Source of the DNA: Bugula neritina
Lineage: Eukaryota; Animalia; Bryozoa
Assembly (NCBI GenBank): GCA_964035545.1
Contig: OZ037765.1
Coordinates: 17,794,995-17,858,994 of the forward strand
DNA length: 64,000 nucleotides
Direction: 5' to 3'
Position 1 is the stretch's first letter; the number at the start of each line of letters is the position of its first letter. This document shows positions 54,901 through 64,000 of the stretch, one piece after another. A model generated the notes under the pieces. It worked only from the letters and a program-made list of their open reading frames with translations. It had not been told where the DNA came from and ran no database searches. The position numbers and the translations under genes are program-made.

Positions 54901-57900
54901 AATACTAGAAAATTATTTTGAATAAGTTTCTGTTTTTAAGAATAACAGCCCTAAAAATTTTTATTATTTATAAACGTATTATTGCTTTGGGATTATAAAA
55001 GCCCTCATCTAGGATGAATTTAGCCTACTTTTCAGTCCTTAAACTTGATATGTCATGCTTTTTTATTAAACCATTTTCATATTTAATTTACATTGAAGAT
55101 AGCCTTCTAAAAGAGTTAAGAGCTGCATTAACATTAATCACCATTATAATCTTCTCATAATAACATATATGTACACGTCATAGGTAAATTATATTGCATT
55201 ACATCATTGTATGCATAGCATTGCATTAAGTAATAAATGTAAATATAAATAGTTCATTTGAAAAAAAGCTTTAATCTTAAAATAAAAAAACTTGTAAAGA
55301 GGCATACAAATATGAAATTTAAATATCAATTAAATAAAATAAATGTAATACATTATATATAATATCATTATTATAAATTTCACATTAATTAAATACACAT
55401 AGATTTAATGAAAGGATTAATTATCATTTAGCTGCCTAAAGTAACCACATAGAGTAAAGAAACTTTTGAATAGCTTCAATTTATTAATGTGAGCTATACC
55501 TAAATAGCAAGCTTTAGTTTATTATTTATATTCATTTTATTATATAGGGTTTTATAGCCATTTCAGTTTTGTTTTCTATATCAGCAGTATAATAAGCATA
55601 CTAGTGAAAAATGAAAGTATTTCAATCAGAAATGCTTTTACAGAATTAATTCATTCACATGCCAAACTGTAAAGGAAGACTTGGGGGAGTCTTAATCAAA
55701 CAAGATTAGCTTAGTTACTGACTTGTCAAACTACAGCAGCAAATGCCACGCTTTGTTACCTGCAATCTAAATCTGGAATTATTAGCATGATACTGAAATG
55801 TTACCTGCAATGCACGTATTAGGTTTAGCCATGGGCATATACACTCTAGGTGGTTAATATGTTTAATAGAAAACCTTTATTTTTTATTTATTCAACTTAC
55901 TAAAATAACAACACTTATTTTATAGCAAGAATTTTTTTATCTCTTTGAACAAAGTAGCAAAATTAATGAAAAATATGTGTAGCAAATGTTTTATAGACTT
56001 CCTTGTGAAGTTATTCTGCTTAATATAACATATGCAGCTTTTGAAATAAAATTGCATACTTTGGGCTATGATTAATTTTCTAATACTAAGAAAATATGAA
56101 ATATAATATAAGAGGTAGCAAAGGAGAAGTAAACTTTTAGAATAATTATTGAAAGTAGAATAATTGCATATGTTTAAATTTTATAATATTTATACTATTT
56201 ATAATTGGAATGCAAAGAATAGCTTCAGCACTGAGTATTTCAATCACGGCTAGGGAAGACCTAAAGTATGGAGCTAAGCCTCACCCATTGGCAAAGGATC
56301 TGATAATGTCGCTGTACAAAAAGCATAGGTGCCACACTGTCTGTATTGCAATTCTACCTGCATTATAGAAGATTTAATGAATCCCACGTGCCTCAACTGC
56401 AATTTCTATTCATTATATTAGCTATTACAAACATATAATCATCAGAGTCAATTAAACAATGAACAGGCTGGAAGTGTATAGCAGAAATCAACTGGCATTA
56501 TCTTTAGCCCTACCAGTAATATCAATGTGTTTTATCTCCTAAAGCAGAGCTTTAAAAACTGCACTAACAACAAAATTCATTTTCAAGTTTACTTTCGTGT
56601 TGTGCAAAATGCAAAGTAACAACCAAGTTCAGAGCAAATAAAAATAGTATTATTACAATTTATTTAATTATTGTTGCTATCCATCAACATAACATTAATA
56701 ATTTTTGTCAGTTTAATTTTATTACAATTAAAATATTTTAACACTTTTGCCAATTTGCTGCTTATGTATTTTAAAAATAACTGCTTTAAAAATTTCCTTG
56801 TTACATTACAACAAATAGCTACAGTGCACATGCTGTCACATGCCATTGCATACATTGCATACATTGAACATTTGATCTTTAAAGGTTTAAACTTTAAACC
56901 TTTTTTTAAAAAATACTTTAAACTCCATTTTGAATGAAGAGCAAAAACAGTTCCAAACATTTTTGTGAGAACTGTTTACATAAGCTAGTGATTTCAACTG
57001 GAAAACTGAAATAAAACAGATAAGCTCAAAAGTGTGTATTTATAAATATAGATAAACAAAACTAGTTACAGACTATGCCTATATTCCAGCACTCATTACC
57101 AACCATAAATTCACTGGCATTAGCCAATCTTGTGGAAATTGCCTAAGGTCAAATTAATAAACACTAATACTCTCAAGCCACATTCACAGAAAGCATGGGA
57201 GAAGCTTTAGATGCTGTATTAATGATAGTCTTACCAATTTATTCAAATATCTCAAAGTCTAATGCTGGTTGCAAAATATCATAGCTGGTTAAATAGTTAC
57301 GTGGGAAAAACTTTAGGAACTCTTATTTCAAGAGAAAAGTGAGTCAGTACAGCTACGTGCTGTGTCCATGAATAGAGACAGCAATGATGGCTATATTCAT
57401 AAGTACCGGCAGATTGTCCACTCATATCTCACTTTATATTTATATTGTGTGGTTACAACAATGCTAGACAGTATATTTATTAATAAAATACAAGCATTGA
57501 TTGGTATATTTTTATTATATTAAAATGCTAAAATACCTAAAAATCAATATAAATAAATCATGACTCAATAAGGTTAAGAACTTGTACATAATATACATAT
57601 ATTGCTTAAGCTATTTTAAAGATATTTTATAAATATTTTATATATATTCTATGTGTATGTAAGATTTAATCCAAAAAGTATTATGTTCCTGAGCAAACGA
57701 TCGTATGCAATTAAATACAATTTTATTGAATATGAATTTCTGATATTTAATTTAAATATATTAATGTTATATTATGACTTTGTTTTGCAGGTATGAGGTT
57801 TGCAGGAGCCCCCCAAACTAACACACCTTGTACTACGAATAATAAACTAGATTTAGTAGGTACTTCGTACCACAAGAACCCATCAGCCGCATATTTTAGA

Positions 57901-58014
57901 TCCTCAAGCAATGGTATAGCCGCCTCTAATAACATTCACTCTTTCCCCACTCCACCCCCTGCTATGTCTACATACTACGACTCCAAATGCGTGCCTACTT
58001 TACCTGGTCTTTAA
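51960..58014 (+). CDS. FoxF: Forkhead box F transcription factor, 3 exons, 370 aa
   Basis: Exons 51960-52425, 53468-53890, 57791-58014 (both introns phase 1, total 1113 nt). The forkhead domain [20 protein letters not shown]...[28 protein letters not shown]|[39 protein letters not shown] is FoxF-diagnostic. C-terminal YYDSKCV resembles the FoxF C-terminal motif. Confidence 0.96.
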
Positions 58015-58413
58015 AACACGCAATATTTGAGTCGTGCAAACTTTATCACAACATTACAGTAGTACTAGGTTTATTCATATTGGATTGCAAGGAGTATTTT
58101 CACCAACCATTATAGATTGTTCCAATCAGATAACATAATATATTATTAAATAGCAATGCCCTTGCATGAATGGGCCATGCTCTAGTGCATTGTTAAAATA
58201 TTGTTTCAAATGATGTTTTTATTTTTAATTAGTAAACTATAGTTGAAAAGTAACTACACACAAATTATAATTGTGTTTATGCTCATCGTAATTTTTAGTT
58301 TCTACTTATATAATTAGAGTCAGTTGACTGTTGAATTGGCAACTATTGCTTTATATAAGTATAGAATCTGTTTGCTCAACCAAAAATTTGTTACAATTTT
58401 GCGTAACATGTTA

Positions 58414-58419
58414 AATAAA
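58414..58419 (+). terminator. Candidate FoxF polyadenylation signal AATAAA
   Basis: AATAAA about 400 nt after the stop codon; weak evidence in AT-rich DNA. Confidence 0.35.
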
Positions 58420-61400
58420 CAAATATATATTATTATTCCACTTTCCACAGTATACAAATCATCTGTATAGTGTGTTCATCACTACCAGCATTATTATATA
58501 TATGAAATGAACACAATTAAATTAATTTTGATGAAGTATTAAAATACTTTTCTCTCTAAGTATTGTGCTTACAACTGTTTGGTAGCAAATAATTTGCATT
58601 AAATTTCGTTGAGTTATTTTCTTGTTCTACTAACATATAAGCACTAATTACCATTTAGTTTATTAGCTATTTAGTACAAAAGTAGCAACATTCCTCAAAA
58701 ATGTAATAAAATTCATAAATTGCAATATTACTTAACTACTTGAAGTATTATATTTTATTTGATGTGATTGACAGTCATTTTTATGCAAAAACTGAAATAA
58801 GGCTCAGTTTAAAGAAAAAATGTGAATGTAAGACACAACTTACGTCAGCACATTGAAGAAAAATTAGCACTTTTTATTCAAATTCATATGTATAAAAGTT
58901 TATTTCCCTTTTTTTAAATAGTTATTTGTCAGTTACCTGCAATTGAACAAGTTTATAATAGTGATAGGCCTATATGATATTTTATGTTTCTCACTTTACT
59001 TTTTTCAAAAATTAATAGTGTATAGCAGATTCTTTAAAATTAACAAAACATTTTTAAATGACATGATTATTGAGAGCAAAATTTAGGGTATCTACCAAAA
59101 TTTGTTGTTTTTATAAAGTGATCAGTTTTTTCTACTAAAGATAAAAAGCAAACTTTGACAACAAATTATACAATACATTTGTTTTTAAAGTACGTAGGTC
59201 TATGATAAAATATTGTTGCTAATTGTTATAAATGACATGTTTTTCCAGCATAACAAACAATATGAGCAATTTTTAGACTGCATGCATATCATACTTTACA
59301 AAATAAGCAAAGCATACTTATGGTACTAAGTTTGTAAAAGTTTCACTTTGAGCCTATTACAGTTTGGTAATTGTTTAATAAATAAATCAAACATACATCT
59401 ATTCTACCAGAAGTTGCAAAGCTATTAAATCATTATGCCACAAATTTGGTAAATCCAGTTATACTTGCAATTATAAGCTGTACAGACTTTGGAATTCAAC
59501 TTACTGCCATATTTTTTCAAATTAGTAAAACTGTATATAAAATTATACACAGCTCAGAATTTTATAGCATAAACTAATATATTTACAAAAATAATATTAT
59601 CTTATATAGCTTGCTTTATGTCTTAAAGCAATTTTTTTAGTAAAACTATATTTTCATTCATAGCATTATTTCTTGAAAATAGTATCTGGAAAACAGCAAA
59701 GTTAAATCAATATATAGGATTAACCAGTCATTTTATAAACCACCATTACATTTTGCTTATTGACTGTTGATATTTTCAACTTTTGCAAAAAGTAATCAGT
59801 AATTTCAAAGCCTAAATTGAAAACTTGAAATATTAGTTTACTCCCTAAATCAATTAGAAATAGAGAACAAATTTTTGTACTAATATGGCAGCGCTGCAAA
59901 AGTCATTGAAAAGTTGTTTCAATTTTTTATTAACTGATATATGGATTATCCACATTCATTACTGCCCTCTAATCAAATTCCTATGTCTAACTTGCAACCT
60001 TTAAATTCAACAACTGCAATATATTACTCTATCAGTTTTAGAAAAGTTGTCTCCTTCAGCCACTAAGCTGATTGAGTAGACAACTCTTCATTTCTAGATT
60101 TTTCCCTCCATTATTAATATAAAACCCTGGCAGTGAGTTAAATAATAACCTTTTATTTATTTTATTCAAGAGAAACCTGTACTACTTCACTGCACAGGCT
60201 GGTTGGCAGCACTACTAAAATTATAAATAGTTATTTTTTTCTGCAGCCATTAACTATGGTGACAATATGGTGAAGGTGACAAAAGAAATGCTACAAACTG
60301 TGTTCAAACTTGTATGCTGTCACACAATAAAAATTAAAGTTTGTCGCCCAACTACTCTAAAAATAATTTTTTTTTTGAAAAATTAATTTTATAGGATATT
60401 ATAGTCAAAAATGGTTTTTCTTTTAAATAATTTAATGAAAATTACTTGAAAACCTAACCAGCTATTTAAGGGGAAAATCGTCCAGTTTTATTAAAAAAAC
60501 ATTATCATAACTCCAGCTGTTCCACCTAGCTTCCTATCAATGTACTTGTAACACATCAGATTCAGATTTGTTAATTTGCAAATAATGGGGTTGATAAGTT
60601 GAATCTTAGAAACAAAACCACAATGCCGAAATTAGTTTTCAGCCAACATAAATTGAAATAAAACATTGAAACATTAATAGAATTATGTCACAAACAAGTT
60701 GATAAATCAAGCAGGATATACAGCCCTTTAACCTGATCTGATTCTAAGAAAGATCTAAAATGTCCAGGTATACATTAGTAGTGACAAGTACTGATCATAG
60801 GATCGCTCTAGCTTGTGATACATCCAGGACTGCACAGTTACATATATCAGCATGTCTAATCAAACTGTAGGGCTTCAATGTCTATCATTTTTCAAGCAGA
60901 AAAGCTAGATTAGTACTTCAAATATCTCATACATTAACTTTCACCATTTTATTAACATAAACAAGATGTGATCGAGATTAAACCACTGTAATTATTATTT
61001 TAGTTTTATATTGTAAATTGAAAAGCAAAACTAAGGTACCATAGTAGCTTATATGAAAATATTTTGTTTAATGTATACCTATGCTAAATATTTGAAACAG
61101 AACAACATACTCGTATTATTTGGAAACAACTTGCAAATGCCAATGGGATTCATAACTTTCAACTTATAAATTTAAACAAGTTTCTCATGAAAAGGCATCG
61201 TCTTGGATGAAAAGAGTAAATACTTCTTGATGTAGCAAACAAGTTGAGCATTATATATATATATATATATAACCGATTATTGGGAGAAGATAACCCTGAA
61301 CTGAAGTTTTGTTATATTTGGATATAAACTTTGCAAAAGTGATTCACCTTAAATGCATATAATAATTATAATATTTATAAGAGGTCTTTTTATTATACAT

Positions 61401-61999
61401 TATGCTATTTCTAATTAAAGAAAATTATTAGTTGACGTATTTATATTTGTTTAGTTCTTTTATAGTATAGTGCTATAGTATATAATGCTATTTAAATGTT
61501 ATTGGTGTGTTTTACATTCTTATTTTTTGTCCCATTCTTATTAATTATATATTATTGGTTGAGAATTATATTTTTTATACTAATCAAGTTTATTTGTATG
61601 TACTTCTATATATATAGTATTTTCAGATGATCTGATTATAAATACTAGTATGTAACACGAGTATCTAGGTATATATGCTATAATAATATATATAATTGCA
61701 AAAATTTAATCCAAGAGTGAATACAATATATTATATTTAATATTGCATATATAGTTACACATAAGATAATGTACTATACATAGTATCTGAGAATAATCAT
61801 TGCACAAAAAACATTTATATGCACACAATAATAATAGTAAATATATAGCTAATGATTCAGTGTTGATTGAGCTTTAATAAAAACATATCTTCCATAGCGT
61901 TATATGTATATGTTTACATAATGTAGAGGGTTTGAAGATACAGTGAGTATAGCATTTAGCAGATGACTACTATTATTATTCTATTGTCAAAAGTTTTTA

Positions 62000-63971
62000 T
62001 CAATTTTCTGCTGAGTTGAAACAGACTGTAAATAACTTTCTAATATTTCTAACTTTCTCAATAATAGCAGTTCTTATTCTTTTCCTCAAACCAGCCGTAG
62101 TCATACCTTCTACTTGTGGATAATCAACTGTTATGATCTTCTCCTTTACTGGACTGAATATTCGAGTAGCCAATGCTTTGCTTTCATTATCTATAAAGAT
62201 ATTATATATAGCGAATGATGTATGCATATTAAACATAAGCTGAAAGACTTTATGTCTTTTATAACTTAATATCCACCTTTTAACTTCATTGAACCTTGAA
62301 AATGGACAAACAATTTTAGCAATTAACAAGATTATATTAATCATTATTTTTAATTTAAAATTAAATTACGAGCTTTTTAAAAGCATGAAGATTTCAAGTT
62401 TATTAAAAATAATCCTTAAAAAAAGATTACTTACCAACTTTGCAGTCAATTCCAGAAGCAGATTTTGAGTTGAAGACATTATTGTTGTTATTAATTGCGG
62501 TGTGGTAACTGGTTGATGGAGCAGACAAAATTTCTATAAAAATAGAAATTTAAACAAGGTTATTGATGTTGGTGACATTATATTATTGTATTTGAATGTA
62601 TATATGACATGTAATGCACTGACTATTTACTGAATATGACATACCATGATGTGTGTTTGGTTCTGGTACATCAAAATCTGATAAGTTGGCAATGTCGGAG
62701 TTGTTGTTATTATTACCTGCGCAAAAGGGTACACATGAATTTACATCATGATTAATACGAGTATATAACACTATATATTGCTAAAATTATACTGTGAAAC
62801 AATATTTCCATCTGCTAAACACATCAACTATTTTACTAGTGAATAAAAGGAGATTAAAGTCAATAAGTAATACTGTTTCTAAGTTTCACTCACCAATGCT
62901 GTTAGGAGTTATCTCCTCCGCTACAATTGTTATGTCAGACTCAGAATCAAAGTCTCTCAGATCCCCCACATCTGCAATATATTCCATAGTCATAAATCAT
63001 GTATTATAAATAATAATACAATCAACACAGTTATTGCTAGAGCTAAGGTGGTCTAATAATTACTTTTATATATAGATCACAGCAAAGCATATTCGAAGTT
63101 GTGTTCTCACTATTTATGACAAGAACATAACAGCAACATGTACAAGTCAAACCTCATAATTTTTCATTCATATTATATGCATTTAATATAGAATCCAATA
63201 CAGTGCTGAAACTTACCATGAACAGCAACATAGTTGATGCCATCTGCTATTATGGTCATGTCATCATCATCAGCTTGTGTGTCAAAACTCAGATCTTCAT
63301 ATTGACTATCTCTGTTATAAGAATCAACTCATGGAATCATTATATAGAAACAAAACTGTTATACAGGACATTGTAATAATAATTTAGTGATAACTTAATA
63401 AATAATTGTGTATGTTTCAGGAAGGCTGTTATGTATACATGTTTGATGAAAGAATGTATCAATATGAAATATCATCGAGAATGACATTTTGCTATGCAGG
63501 AAGCTTTCTCTAACATACTAATAATTTTAAATATTTTTATTATGATAGATATTAAAGATAATTTTTCTGTTAGTCATTTGAAACAAGTATATTCAATTTA
63601 AATTAGTTGCTTAATTAACCAATTTAACTGTTAATATACTCTCTACACTGTGGATGGGTATTTATCAATACCGAAAATGCAAAACTTACAGAAAGATTGA
63701 CAGCATCTCACTATCTGTTGATGTTGGAGTTAAAGCACACCTGGAAGCATGACAACCACCATGAGAATCCATCATCACAAGTAAATACTAGATTTAGTGA
63801 GTATATTTTAGAGTTTCTGGTATGAAATTTGCAGTAACAGCTTTCTCAATTGCAAGTTGTACCAACAATGGCAGAGGACATTGCGTCAAATTTGATTGTT
63901 GAAAGTTATGTACAAATTCAAATAGTTTATCAAAACTTTTTTGTACTGGAGTTATCTTATCTAATAAATCA
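62000..63971 (-). CDS. 3' portion of an uncharacterised multi-exon protein gene (acidic, Asn-rich)
   Basis: Phase-consistent GT-AG chain 63863-63971, 63690-63787, 63217-63311, 62894-62971, 62645-62716, 62435-62533, 62000-62190 (TGA). Translation ...LLDKITPVQKSFDKLFEFVHNF...SQYEDLSFDTQADDDDMTIIADG...DLRDFDSESDITIVAEE...NNNNNSDIANLSDFD...RKRIRTAIIEKVRNIRKLFTVCFNSAEN*. No family recognised; the two 5'-most exons are less certain. Confidence 0.7.
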
Positions 63972-64000
63972 CTGCCAGTTCATCGAATCACCATACTGTA

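Noticed and set aside
56664-56960. Overlapping sense/antisense ORFs in FoxF intron 2
   Set aside because: Low-complexity F/K/L/N-rich translations expected from AT-rich sequence.

Overview
AT-rich, intron-dense animal genomic DNA, probably a lophotrochozoan invertebrate (inferred from the vertebrate-type Dscam tail, FoxF sequence and intron density; the species cannot be fixed from sequence alone). Four protein-coding genes were assembled by hand from GT-AG exon chains with consistent phases. (1) A minus-strand NUDT19-like Nudix hydrolase, 6 exons visible (504-4201), whose last exon probably lies left of the window. (2) A complete plus-strand Dscam (41 coding exons, 10970-41587, about 2029 aa; signal peptide-Ig1-9-FN1-4-Ig10-FN5-6-TM-tail) with no arthropod-style duplicated exon arrays. 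(3) A 3-exon FoxF (51960-58014, 370 aa). (4) The 3' part of an unrecognised minus-strand multi-exon gene (62000 to at least 63971). Mobile DNA includes a solo LTR, two hAT MITEs with perfect 8-bp TSDs, a Tc1/mariner-type MITE, a tRNA-derived SINE and an RTE-like LINE 3' fragment, plus several satellites. I found no unequivocal new biological system. The best leads are: a TGA stop created exactly at the junction if the Dscam TM exon is skipped (route to a secreted Dscam); tandem duplications that copy Dscam splice sites; an LTR TATA/Inr promoter facing NUDT19; an apparently unclustered FoxF with an intron in the forkhead box; and SIM-like duplicated mini-exons in the unrecognised gene.
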